Positions 46,603 to 56,014 of a DNA stretch of 64,000 bases are shown piece after piece. Source of the stretch: an uncultured Candidatus Saccharimonadales bacterium (GTDB lineage: Bacteria; Patescibacteriota; Saccharimonadia; UBA4664); NCBI GenBank assembly GCA_964609585.1, contig CAZSRA010000002.1, forward strand, positions 46,820 to 110,819. Reading direction: 5' to 3'. Each line of letters begins with the position of its first letter. The first letter of the stretch is position 1. The notes under the pieces were generated by a model, which was not told the origin of the DNA, made no database searches, and was given only the letters and a program-made list of their open reading frames with translations. The position numbers and the translations under genes are program-made.

Positions 46603-48593
46603 ACTCCCCCTTCCATTTTTTCGACCTCGGCGGCGGTAATAGTGTATTCGGTATCGTCGTCAGTGGTGCGGATAATGATGGTCGTGAGCACGCCAATAAG
46701 GCCGATGACGGCTAGCCACCAAATGTGCCAGATTACAGCGAAGCCGGCGAGAAAAGCGAAGCCGGCGATGAAGATGCCCATGGGGCTATTTTTGGGCATT
46801 TCGATGTCTTCATATTTTGGCTTGGAGGAGGCTTTGATGGCAGATTTTTGCTTGGCTTCCCAGAAAGGGTCGCGGTCGTGGACTTCCGTGAGGACGGCGT
46901 AATTATATAGGGGTGCTGGCGAGGTAGTAGACCACTCGAGGGTACGGCCGTTCCACGGATCCCCGGTGGTGTCGAGATTGTCCCTTCGCTGCCAGACGCT
47001 AACGATCATTTGGAGAATTTGGAAGCCGATGCCAGCACCGATTACGAGCACGCCAACCCCAGCCACAATGAACAGTCCCTGCCAGCCCATGGATGGGTCG
47101 TAATGGTCGAGGCGACGGGCAGCACCCATGAGACCGAGGATATAGAGCGGAATAAAGGCCAGCAAGAAGCCTATAAACCAGCACCAAAAGGCATAGCGAC
47201 CGAGGCGCTCATTGAGCTTGAAACCGAAGATTTTCGGGAACCAATAGGTAATGCCAGCAAAATAGCCAAAGATGACGCCGCCAATAATCATGTTGTGAAA
47301 GTGGGCCACGAGAAAGAGGGTGTTGTGAACCTGGAAATCGATGGCGGGCACACTCATGAGCACGCCGGCCATACCGCCGATAGTGAAGGTAACGACAAAG
47401 GCGAGGAACCAGAGCATGGGGGTGGCGAAATTGATGCGGCCGCGGTACATGGTGAAGAGCCAGTTGAAGACTTTTACGCCGGTGGGCACGGCAATAACGG
47501 CGGTCATGATGCCAAAGAAGGCGTTGACGTCGGCACCCGCGCCCATGGTGAAGAAATGGTGCAACCAGACGATGAATGAGAGGAACGTGATAGCACCAAG
47601 CGCCCACACCATTGAGGTGTAGCCAAAGAGTCGTTTGTGTGAGTAGGTTGCGACAACCTCAGAGAATACTCCAAAGGCGGGAAGCACGAGGATGTAAACC
47701 TCGGGGTGACCCCAGGCCCAAATGAGATTCACATACATCATGGCGTTACCACCGAAACCGGAAGTGAAGAAATGCATCCCCAGGGTGCGATCGAGCGCGA
47801 GCATGGCGAGTGTGGCAGTGAGGATGGGGAAGGCGAAGGCGACCAGAGCCATGGCGTTTAGGACGGACCAGACGAAGAGTGGCATTTTCATGAGCGTCAT
47901 ACCAGGGCGGCGGAGCTTTAGGATGGTAACGAGGAAGTTTAAACCTGAGAGGAGGCTGCCGATGCCGGCGATTTGCAGGCTCCAGATCCAATAATCGACA
48001 CCAACGCCAGGACTGTAGGCGAGCTCAGACAGCGGCGGATACGCAAGCCAGCCGGTGGCGGCAAACTCCCCGACTACGAGCGAGAGGTTTATGAGTATGC
48101 CACCGGCGACATAGAGCCAGAAACTGGCTGAATTCATGAAGGGAAACGCAACGTCGCGGGCACCGATTTGCAGGGGGACGATGAGGTTAATGAGGCCAAA
48201 CATGAGGCCCATGGCCACGAAGAAGATCATGATGGTGCCGTGAGCTGAGAAGACTTGCTGGAAGGTATCGGCGGAAACGATGCCGTGGGAACTGCCGACA
48301 GATAGGATTTGCTGGGCACGCATCATGCCGGCATCGGCGGCACCGCGCAGGAGCATGAGAAAGGCAACGGCGATGTACATGACGCCGATTTTCTTGGGGT
48401 CGAGTGAGGTGAGCCATTCGGTCCAGAGCCATTTTACGAGCCCGATAGCCCAGCCCCAACGCTTGAGGTATGTTAGGAGAGCGGCAACAGCAATGGCACC
48501 GAGAGGCGCGCCAATGAGCAGAGAATTTACGGCGAGCCCGGTGATGCCGTCATGATGCAACGCGTTTAGCGTGAGGTTTCCAAGGGGTTTCAT
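46599..48593 (-). CDS. cyoB: Cytochrome bo3 quinol oxidase subunit I
   Basis: [24 protein letters not shown]. Confidence 0.97.
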   Translation of the reverse strand: MKPLGNLTLNALHHDGITGLAVNSLLIGAPLGAIAVAALLTYLKRWGWAIGLVKWLWTEWLTSLDPKKIGVMYIAVAFLMLLRGAADAGMMRAQQILSVGSSHGIVSADTFQQVFSAHGTIMIFFVAMGLMFGLINLIVPLQIGARDVAFPFMNSASFWLYVAGGILINLSLVVGEFAATGWLAYPPLSELAYSPGVGVDYWIWSLQIAGIGSLLSGLNFLVTILKLRRPGMTLMKMPLFVWSVLNAMALVAFAFPILTATLAMLALDRTLGMHFFTSGFGGNAMMYVNLIWAWGHPEVYILVLPAFGVFSEVVATYSHKRLFGYTSMVWALGAITFLSFIVWLHHFFTMGAGADVNAFFGIMTAVIAVPTGVKVFNWLFTMYRGRINFATPMLWFLAFVVTFTIGGMAGVLMSVPAIDFQVHNTLFLVAHFHNMIIGGVIFGYFAGITYWFPKIFGFKLNERLGRYAFWCWFIGFLLAFIPLYILGLMGAARRLDHYDPSMGWQGLFIVAGVGVLVIGAGIGFQILQMIVSVWQRRDNLDTTGDPWNGRTLEWSTTSPAPLYNYAVLTEVHDRDPFWEAKQKSAIKASSKPKYEDIEMPKNSPMGIFIAGFAFLAGFAVIWHIWWLAVIGLIGVLTTIIIRTTDDDTEYTITAAEVEKMEGGV

Positions 48594-49462
48594 GGGGCGA
48601 GCATTCCGGGCATCATGTATTTCATTATGACGTCATTATACAGATTTGGATCGGTAAGAGCGTAGGTGGCAGCCGGATTATTTTCGCTGGGTTTTGCCAG
48701 CTGGTCGTAAGTGGTGAGGCTCAACGGTCGGCGGGTGTGGCCTGCGGCCTTAACCCACTGATTGAAATCGGCCTCGGTAGTGGATTTGGCTGTGAATTTC
48801 ATGCCTGCAAAGCCTTTGCCGCTGATATTTACGGACGAACCAGCGTAACTGCCGGGAGTGTCAGCCATGAGATGGAGGCTCGTGTTCATACCGGGCATGG
48901 CGTAAATTTGGCCTCCGAGCTGGGGAATCCAGAATGAGTTCATGGGTGCATCGGCCGTGATTTCGAAATTTACTGGAGTGCCCGCAGGAAATTCGACTAG
49001 GTTAACGCTAGCGATTTGCTGTTCGGGGTAAATAAAGAGCCATTTCCACTGCAAGGCGACGACTTGAATGGTGATCGGTTTCGTGGTTGAGGCGAGGGCT
49101 TTGTACGGATCGAGCTCATGGGAGCTGCGCCAGGTAATTATCGATAGCGCAATGATGAGAGCGCAAGGAATCCCCCACCATAAGGCTTCGAGGGCATGGT
49201 TGTGGTCCCAATCGGGGGTGTATTTGGCCTTGGTGTTGCTAGCCCGGTAGCGCCAGGCGATGACGAAGGTGAGGACGAAGACCGGGATCACGACGATGAG
49301 CATGAGAAGAGTGGCGACGATGAGCAGGCTGAATTCTTTGCGCGCTATGATGCCCTGCGGGTTCAAGATAGCAATGGTGTGGCCGTGGAGTAATGACCAC
49401 CCAAGAAGAATAGCCGCAAGTACGAGCAAGGGCGGAAGCGCGAAGAGGAGTTTTTTGCTCAT
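48590..49462 (-). CDS. cyoA: Cytochrome bo3 quinol oxidase subunit II
   Basis: [24 protein letters not shown]; no CuA cysteines. Confidence 0.95.
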   Translation of the reverse strand: MSKKLLFALPPLLVLAAILLGWSLLHGHTIAILNPQGIIARKEFSLLIVATLLMLIVVIPVFVLTFVIAWRYRASNTKAKYTPDWDHNHALEALWWGIPCALIIALSIITWRSSHELDPYKALASTTKPITIQVVALQWKWLFIYPEQQIASVNLVEFPAGTPVNFEITADAPMNSFWIPQLGGQIYAMPGMNTSLHLMADTPGSYAGSSVNISGKGFAGMKFTAKSTTEADFNQWVKAAGHTRRPLSLTTYDQLAKPSENNPAATYALTDPNLYNDVIMKYMMPGMLAP

Positions 49463-49530
49463 GATTGCTTTTACTATAGCAGATGAACTTGAAGATGAGC
49501 GCCCTCAAAGTTTGGTGATACCATGGAGTC

Positions 49531-49962
49531 ATGAAACGAACAAATACGGTTTTTGCGAAGACGGCCGTGAGTGCTGTGTTGATTTTAGCCATAGCCGGAA
49601 CTATTTTCGGAGCCGTGTGGGCGGCGAACCGTCTGATCCGTAATACGACGCAGGCAAGCCCTGTATGTGGGCCGGGATATCATGATAATCATAAGGTGAT
49701 TATTCGAAATGATGTTGTGACGCCAAGCAAAACAATGGCACCGATCTGCGATACATTGACCATAACGAACTTGGACGACCGCCGGCGATTGGTGGCTTTT
49801 GGGCCCCACGAAGCCCATGTCCCCTATGACGGGATCACGGAACGGTTGCTCGACCAGGGCCAGAGTTTGACCGTCACTTTAGTGCAAGTAGGGAGTTTTC
49901 GGTTTCACGACCACATTCAAGATGAAGTGCAGGGAACTTTTGTGGTAACGCAGGCTAAATAA
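49531..49962 (+). CDS. Membrane-anchored cupredoxin-like protein
   Basis: TM then DTLTITNLD...GQSLTVTL..VGSFRFHDH....GTFVV. Confidence 0.65.
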   Translation: MKRTNTVFAKTAVSAVLILAIAGTIFGAVWAANRLIRNTTQASPVCGPGYHDNHKVIIRNDVVTPSKTMAPICDTLTITNLDDRRRLVAFGPHEAHVPYDGITERLLDQGQSLTVTLVQVGSFRFHDHIQDEVQGTFVVTQAK

Positions 49963-49979
49963 TTGCTAAATTTGAGCCG

Positions 49980-50008
49980 AGTCCGGCTCCCGTGATGGGA
50001 GCCGGACT
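49980..50008. terminator. GC-rich hairpin between convergent genes
   Basis: AGTCCGGCTCCC-GTGAT-GGGAGCCGGACT. Confidence 0.7.
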
Positions 50009-50015
50009 TCAGGGA

Positions 50016-51278
50016 TCACGCGCCTGTTTGAGCTGGCGTGATTTCGCGGCTGGAACTATCTATCGCGAGTGGTTCTGGTTCGCCTGCGACGATCATAGCC
50101 AGAAGGGCCAGACTACACAGGCCTCCGAGCAGGCCCCCTGCACAGAGCATGCCAGCAGGCAACCCATACTCGCGCACCACTGTACTCACGACAAGACCGC
50201 TGAGACTCACCACTAGATACCTACCAGTCCGGTTCACGGACATGATCGTGGCGTGCTCCGCTTCGCTGCACAGCAAGCCGATGCGCGCGTCCATGCGGGA
50301 GTATTGCAGAGGCTGGCCCAGGAAGATGAATGACACCACCACGAGGCCAAGCGGCGAGACGATCAAGCCGAGAGCGAGGTAGCAGACTGCACCAACCCCG
50401 ATGATAATCCCGAACGAACGGTAGTATCCGAACTTCCGTCCGAATCCCTTAGTCCAATCGGGCCTTACGAAGCTCTGCAGAGCGGTGTAGCCAGCCCACA
50501 GGAGCCCCGGTGTACTCGCGGGCAGGTGTTCGCCCGAGACTCTTACATTCGCGCAGTAGAGCGGAACCAGCTTCGAAGCCATGGCCGTCATGGCCATGAT
50601 CGCCGCCGAAAACGCGAAGGCCGCGAGAAGCTTTCTCCTGGCAGGGAAACTCCGCAGCAGCTTTACTATGCTCATGCCATGGTTTTTATCCAGCTCGCCT
50701 GGAGACTTCACCCAGCAGGCGCACGCGAGCATGAGGACGTACACGGCGCTCTGCGCCCATAAGGTGCTGCGCAGGCCAAAGCGCCAGACAAGCAGCGCGC
50801 CAAACAAACTCCCGGCGGATGCGCAAATTGCGATACAGCGCTGGGTCTGTGCTGAATAGTGCGCGTACATCGCGACTGCAACTTCGGGACTGTTGTCCCT
50901 TACGCAGATGCTCCTGGCCAGAGCGCTGTCGGCCCCACTCAGAAAGGCTGAGCCGCCCAAGCTGAAGACGGCTCCGACAAGCAACCAAGGACCGATGCTC
51001 GAAGCAGTCGCATACATCGCCAGACCTAGAACACAGCAAACGGAGCCAATCACGAGGCTGAGCTTGCGCCCATACCGATCGGCGGCCCGGCCGGTGGGAA
51101 CTTCGAACAGGAAGCCGAGGAAGGCCATGCCGGATCCTACCTGGAGAGCGACGGCCACAGGAGCGTGGAGGTCGTTCACCATATAGGGGGCGAGGAAGGC
51201 CAGATAGATGTTGGAGCCTGCCAGAGCCCTCAACCAGGTCAACTTGCGCAGTTCGTTGTTGAGGCAAAGAGCGCTCAC
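50016..51278 (-). CDS. MFS transporter (GC-rich cassette)
   Basis: FEVPTGRAADRYGRK, SGADSAL; GAGAGGGGAG SD. Confidence 0.85.
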   Translation of the reverse strand: MSALCLNNELRKLTWLRALAGSNIYLAFLAPYMVNDLHAPVAVALQVGSGMAFLGFLFEVPTGRAADRYGRKLSLVIGSVCCVLGLAMYATASSIGPWLLVGAVFSLGGSAFLSGADSALARSICVRDNSPEVAVAMYAHYSAQTQRCIAICASAGSLFGALLVWRFGLRSTLWAQSAVYVLMLACACWVKSPGELDKNHGMSIVKLLRSFPARRKLLAAFAFSAAIMAMTAMASKLVPLYCANVRVSGEHLPASTPGLLWAGYTALQSFVRPDWTKGFGRKFGYYRSFGIIIGVGAVCYLALGLIVSPLGLVVVSFIFLGQPLQYSRMDARIGLLCSEAEHATIMSVNRTGRYLVVSLSGLVVSTVVREYGLPAGMLCAGGLLGGLCSLALLAMIVAGEPEPLAIDSSSREITPAQTGA

Positions 51279-51460
51279 GGCAACTCCCCTCTCGATGTCA
51301 GGGTTCCTGACTTACCGTTTGGCAGGTCATGCCGGATAGCCTACACCTTGTGAGGCACTCTTGCTAGTTTTTCCGGCTGCAGGGCGTCAAAAAATTACTT
51401 GAGTTTCCTAAATAATCAAGGTATGCTTTGGGCTGTAAAAAATGATTGAAGGAGTAAATT

Positions 51461-51787
51461 ATGTCGCAATATGTTCTGGTCTATAAATCCTATGAAGCTT
51501 CCGACTGGGCAGCACAGCCACAAGAAGAGGTTCAGAAAGTAATCGAAGCTTGGGGTAATTGGGTTGGCTCTTTGGGCGATGCTCGCAAGGGCGGGAGCGC
51601 CTTTAAATTCGGCGGCAAAAGCGTGAGCAAGGACGCCACCGCCGACGCAGACAACCTTCTTACGGGTTACGCTATTGTCGAAGCAGAGTCGTTTGAAGCT
51701 GCTTGCAAGATGGCACAGACTTCGCCGAATGTCGCTGCTGGGCGGGGCACAATTGAGGTTTATGAGGCTTTAGAAGTCAAAAACTAA
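51461..51787 (+). CDS. YciI family protein
   Basis: W..W..SL, TGYAIVEAES.E.A, GTIEVYE; AAGGAG SD. Confidence 0.8.
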   Translation: MSQYVLVYKSYEASDWAAQPQEEVQKVIEAWGNWVGSLGDARKGGSAFKFGGKSVSKDATADADNLLTGYAIVEAESFEAACKMAQTSPNVAAGRGTIEVYEALEVKN

Positions 51788-51819
51788 TGCTTCGGGCTTC
51801 ACGCGCGCGAGCTTAAGTA

Positions 51820-51860
51820 ATATTAAAATCCCCGCAGCTTTTGCTCGGGGATTTTAATAT
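51820..51860. terminator. Bidirectional terminator
   Basis: ATATTAAAATCCCCG...CGGGGATTTTAATAT. Confidence 0.8.
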
Positions 51861-51873
51861 GAGGTGATTAGGC

Positions 51874-53259
51874 TTACTTATCTTTGGCAGACGCGGTTTT
51901 GGCGGCTACTTGAGCAACAAGCGGCAGTTTGAAGCCAAAGGTACTCCCCTCTCCCAACGTTGATTCAAAGATGATTTCGCCGCCCTGGTCTTCGATGACA
52001 CGCTTGGCAAGGTACAGACCGAGGCCGGTGCCATCGGGGCGGACGGATTTGGCGTTGTCGGCACGGTAAAACTTGGCAAAGAGTTTGGCTTTCTCCGCGG
52101 GCGGGACACCCATGCCAGTGTCAATGACTTTGAGTATGGCTTGGCGGCCGGCGCGTTCCAAAGTGACTTTGACGCTGCCTTTTTCTGTGTAGTAGATGGC
52201 GTTATCGATGAAATTCATGATAACCTGGCTGGTTTTACTTTCGTCGAGGGGAATGAGGGGAAGGGGTTTTTCAGGTGGAGTGAACTCGAGGGCGAGATTT
52301 TTGCGCTCAGCCGAAGATCTCAACTGCAGGATTTGGGCCTTAATGAGGCCGGCAAGATCAGTAGGTTGCTGGATAATGTTGAACCGGCCGGCGTTGAGGC
52401 GCGATACGTTGAGGAGGTCGCTCGCCATACTTACGAGGCGTTCGGAGGATTCAAGTGCAATGCTGACATATTCACGTTGGCCGACGCTGAGGTTGCCTTT
52501 GTCCTCTTCGAGAGCCATGGAGAGATAGCCGGTAACAGCTGTAAGCGGCGTGCCAAGCTGATGGGAAGCCATGGAAATGAAGTCATCTTTGGCTTTATCG
52601 AGGACTTTGAGTTTTTGATTGGCGGTGCGCAGGTGGGCGGTTGCTTCGGTAACACGCTCCTGAAGCGTGATGTTGAATCGTTCGATTTCGCGGTTGCTAA
52701 GCCAAAATACTACAGTAATTATGATGAGGGTGAGCGAGAAACCAACGGCGTCGTTGGGGCCGGCGGGAATTTTCATCCAGCTGGAATCAAAACGAAGCGT
52801 ACCATTTTGCTGGAGCGCGCTTAAAACTATTAAACCAACCGAGACCAAGAGGGCAAAAAAGACACTCGTCCTCGTACCAAGAAGGACGGAAGCCATAACC
52901 AACACCAGTGCTAGTAGCAGGACCCCTTGGGCGAGGAAGATACCAAAACTAATCATTATGTAAAACGACAGCATGAAAAATATGCCGACAAGGGCATAGG
53001 CAGCGGGCACAAAATACCCTTTGCGAGAAAGCACCCAGAGTCCGGCAAAGAAGCTAACCTGGAGGGCGGCAAACAACGGAGGCTCGCCTGCATAGCTGGA
53101 GCCTAGGCCTATGCTCCGAACTATAACAACCACAAAAGCTAAGATACCAGCTATGGTGGAGCTGGCGAGTAAGATATTGAGAATAAACTCACGTCTCCGT
53201 CCATCGACGTTCTTGGATTTGGGATCAATGAGTAGTTTGCGCCAGTTAGAGAAATGCAT
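51874..53259 (-). CDS. Multi-TM sensor histidine kinase
   Basis: About 6 TMs; SHQLGTP; DNAIYY; GTGLGL. Confidence 0.9.
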   Translation of the reverse strand: MHFSNWRKLLIDPKSKNVDGRRREFILNILLASSTIAGILAFVVVIVRSIGLGSSYAGEPPLFAALQVSFFAGLWVLSRKGYFVPAAYALVGIFFMLSFYIMISFGIFLAQGVLLLALVLVMASVLLGTRTSVFFALLVSVGLIVLSALQQNGTLRFDSSWMKIPAGPNDAVGFSLTLIIITVVFWLSNREIERFNITLQERVTEATAHLRTANQKLKVLDKAKDDFISMASHQLGTPLTAVTGYLSMALEEDKGNLSVGQREYVSIALESSERLVSMASDLLNVSRLNAGRFNIIQQPTDLAGLIKAQILQLRSSAERKNLALEFTPPEKPLPLIPLDESKTSQVIMNFIDNAIYYTEKGSVKVTLERAGRQAILKVIDTGMGVPPAEKAKLFAKFYRADNAKSVRPDGTGLGLYLAKRVIEDQGGEIIFESTLGEGSTFGFKLPLVAQVAAKTASAKDK

Positions 53260-53276
53260 GAGGATAATTGGATTAT

Positions 53277-53309
53277 AAAAAACTGGGCGGGTTTCGCCCA
53301 GTTTTTTTT
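53277..53309 (-). terminator. Intrinsic terminator after peptide gene
   Basis: AAAACTGGGCG-AAACC-CGCCCAGTTTTTT. Confidence 0.8.
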
Positions 53310-53312
53310 CTG

Positions 53313-53417
53313 TTATGACCAGTACGCTGCAGAACTTTCGCCGACAGCAACTTTGATCATAGCGTCGCTGCTGCGTGAGCTCTTGTCGGTCAGGGCTTTC
53401 TTGATGATCTCGCTCAT
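53313..53417 (-). CDS. 34-aa precursor-like peptide MSEIIKKALTDKSSRSSDAMIKVAVGESSAAYWS
   Basis: AGAAAGGAGGT SD 7 nt before ATG 53417; own terminator; extended -10 upstream. Confidence 0.8.
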   Translation of the reverse strand: MSEIIKKALTDKSSRSSDAMIKVAVGESSAAYWS

Positions 53418-53556
53418 GTTTTTTACCTCCTTTCTTTGTAGATTCACCTCGGGCCCCAAGAGGCTTTTGGTGGCGAATGTAAGCTCAAATCGTGGTGATT
53501 TGAGGCTGTTAAAGAGAAGGTGGATCAGGTGATTCAAGTAGACCAGAATTACTCTG

Positions 53557-53565
53557 ATTGTAGCA
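53557..53565 (-). promoter_or_regulatory. Extended -10 promoter TGcTACAAT for peptide gene
   Basis: TTGCAA lies 15 nt further upstream. Confidence 0.5.
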
Positions 53566-53634
53566 TGAAAGTGGCTTTTGCAAGACACTTATGCTTATCT
53601 AGTAAATTGATTATTTTTGGCATAACGTTTAAAC

Positions 53635-55566
53635 ATGAAGCGTTTTGGTGAATTAGCCAATTTGATAGCGAGCGAGCAGCAACGTGACGGGTCGTTTATG
53701 AGTTATTCGGTCGCCCTGGGGGCTGTTTTTGGATCGGATTCTAAAACCTATCAGACGACGTTTATGACGGCTCTCATTTTGGGTGCGATTGCAGGTATCG
53801 ACGACGAGACTCTGGAGGTTGTACAGCAGCGAGCGGCAGATTGGCTACTCGCTCAGCGGGGACCGGAGTGGTCATTTAACTATTGGTCGCACGAGGAACC
53901 GGAGGTCAAGGTACGATCCTATCCAGATGATTGGGACGATACAAGCTGCGCGATTTCAGCCTTGTCGCGCGTGCGGCCCGAAGTTATTACGGGCGGCGTC
54001 CTTGGGCATATCGTGAAGCTTTTGACAGGCACCGAAGAGCAGGAAGGCGGCCCGTATCGGACATGGATTGTGGGCGAGGAGGCGCCGAAGCATTGGCATG
54101 ATGTGGATATTGCCGTGAATGCCAATATTGCGTATTTATTGAAGCTTCACGAAGTGCAATTGCCAAATTTGGAGACGCTTGTAGACACACGGATAGCGGC
54201 CGGAGAACTCGTGTCGCCGTACTATCCGACATCCGCGCCGATTGAATATTTTGTGTCGCGATGGTATCGGGGCGCTCGCTGGGAGCAGCTGCGGGAGCGG
54301 ATTTTGGCGCGGAAGCGACGAGGACGATGGGGCGGTGCGCTAGAGACGGCGCTGGCGGTGAGTAGTTTACTCAACCTGGGCGCAGAACCCGATGGGGTGG
54401 CCGGGGCAGTGAAGTGGCTGCGAAACCTGGAGCCGGCGGAGCTAAAGGCTGGGGCATTTTGTATGGATCCCGCGACTGAAGGCAAGCCGTATGTGGCGGG
54501 GGCAAGGGCTTTGACCGCGGCGCTGGTTATGGAGGCAATTTGGAACTATGACCAGGCAATAAAACGAGCCGAAGGGTCGCTGAAGCATGAGGTCGGTACG
54601 TCAGCCAATAAGCTTGATGAGTTAATCGTCCAGACGGTAATGGCGCGATTTGAGCAGGCGGGCAAAACAGTTTATGCGGATGCCCAGACTATGAAAGATA
54701 GACTGCTCGGTGGAACGGCGGCGGCTCAGATCACGGCTCTCCCCTTTTTGTTTCGGCGGGCTCTTGGTCGGCGCGGGGCGAATATCACGGACAAGCAAGT
54801 TGTACTTTGGGGAATGGTGAGTTTTTATGGATGGATCGCGTATACCGTTTATGATGATTTTTTGGATGAGGAAGGCAAGCCACAGCTGCTACCGGTGGCC
54901 AATGTTGCCCTTCGAGAGCTGGTTTTGCTGGTGCAACATGAAGCCAATCGAGTAGACGGACTCGGAGAGATAGCCTGGGGGGTCCTGGATGGCCAAGAGG
55001 CGGCCAATGCCTGGGAGGTCACCTATTGCCGAGTAGCGCGTCAAAGTGACCTGAGGCGGGTAGCGGTACCAGACTTTGGGAACTTGGCGGCGCTGGCAGA
55101 GCGCTCAATGGGTCACGCTTTGGGATGTGTGGCGCTGACACTGGCGCTAGGATACGCTCCGACAAGCATGGAAGTGAAAACGGTACGATCATTCTTCTAT
55201 CATTTCCTGATTGCCCGGCAATTAGGAGATGACCTGGCGGATTGGAAAGTGGACCTGGAGAAGGGACAGATCAATGCAGTAGGAGCGTGGCTGCTAAGCG
55301 AAGCGGGTCAGCAAGATGAGAGCGTGGCTAAGCTGTATCACCGACTGGAACGAATATTATGGGAAAAAACGGCGGTGGCGGTAAAGCAACGAATGACGTT
55401 GGAGCTCAATGAAGCCCGAGCGCAACTGAAGCACATGAATTTTATCGAAGAGCCAAAAATACTGCTGGGACTCCTCGCGCCGATTGAGGCGGATATCGAA
55501 GCAACTGAGCGTAAACGCCAGCAAACTGCTGAATTTCTACAGTCTTACGAAGCGAAAAATTTATAG
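53635..55566 (+). CDS. Fusion of class II terpene cyclase-like domain and class I isoprenoid synthase/prenyltransferase domain
   Basis: QQRDGSF and WLLAQ QW-like motifs, YPDDWDDT (DxDD), DIAVNAN; C-terminal YDDFLD and QLGDDLAD. Confidence 0.75.
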   Translation: MKRFGELANLIASEQQRDGSFMSYSVALGAVFGSDSKTYQTTFMTALILGAIAGIDDETLEVVQQRAADWLLAQRGPEWSFNYWSHEEPEVKVRSYPDDWDDTSCAISALSRVRPEVITGGVLGHIVKLLTGTEEQEGGPYRTWIVGEEAPKHWHDVDIAVNANIAYLLKLHEVQLPNLETLVDTRIAAGELVSPYYPTSAPIEYFVSRWYRGARWEQLRERILARKRRGRWGGALETALAVSSLLNLGAEPDGVAGAVKWLRNLEPAELKAGAFCMDPATEGKPYVAGARALTAALVMEAIWNYDQAIKRAEGSLKHEVGTSANKLDELIVQTVMARFEQAGKTVYADAQTMKDRLLGGTAAAQITALPFLFRRALGRRGANITDKQVVLWGMVSFYGWIAYTVYDDFLDEEGKPQLLPVANVALRELVLLVQHEANRVDGLGEIAWGVLDGQEAANAWEVTYCRVARQSDLRRVAVPDFGNLAALAERSMGHALGCVALTLALGYAPTSMEVKTVRSFFYHFLIARQLGDDLADWKVDLEKGQINAVGAWLLSEAGQQDESVAKLYHRLERILWEKTAVAVKQRMTLELNEARAQLKHMNFIEEPKILLGLLAPIEADIEATERKRQQTAEFLQSYEAKNL

Positions 55567-55574
55567 CCGAAGCG

Positions 55575-55973
55575 CTAGGCCGCCGGGGGAATTTCGTTGC
55601 GCGTGTAGCCAGCCAGAATACCGCGGACAATCTCATCGACTTGGCCGGGTTTGTTTTCGCTTTTTACGATGTAGCGTACAGCGCCGAGCTCGAGAGCAGC
55701 TTGGACATCGTTCGAACCGGCGAGGTTGGTAAGTACGACGACGGGGATTTTTTTGGTTTCTGGGTCGGCTTTGAGGCGCTTTAAGACTTCAAGTCCGTTG
55801 AGTTTGGGCATCATAATGTCGAGCAAAACGAGATCAGGTTTAAAGGAGCGGGTTTTGTCGAGGCCAATTTCGCCGTTGGCGGCTACCTCCACCTCATAGC
55901 TGCTCGAGGAAAACACGATTTGATACATGCGCGACAGTAGGGCGTCGTCTTCGATGATGAGAATTTTAGCCAC
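55575..55973 (-). CDS. Stand-alone response regulator receiver
   Basis: IEDD, LDIMMP, LTN, YIVKS. Confidence 0.9.
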   Translation of the reverse strand: MAKILIIEDDALLSRMYQIVFSSSSYEVEVAANGEIGLDKTRSFKPDLVLLDIMMPKLNGLEVLKRLKADPETKKIPVVVLTNLAGSNDVQAALELGAVRYIVKSENKPGQVDEIVRGILAGYTRNEIPPAA

Positions 55974-56014
55974 AACAACTCCTTGATTTGATTATATGAT
56001 ACAGCTGTTTTGCG

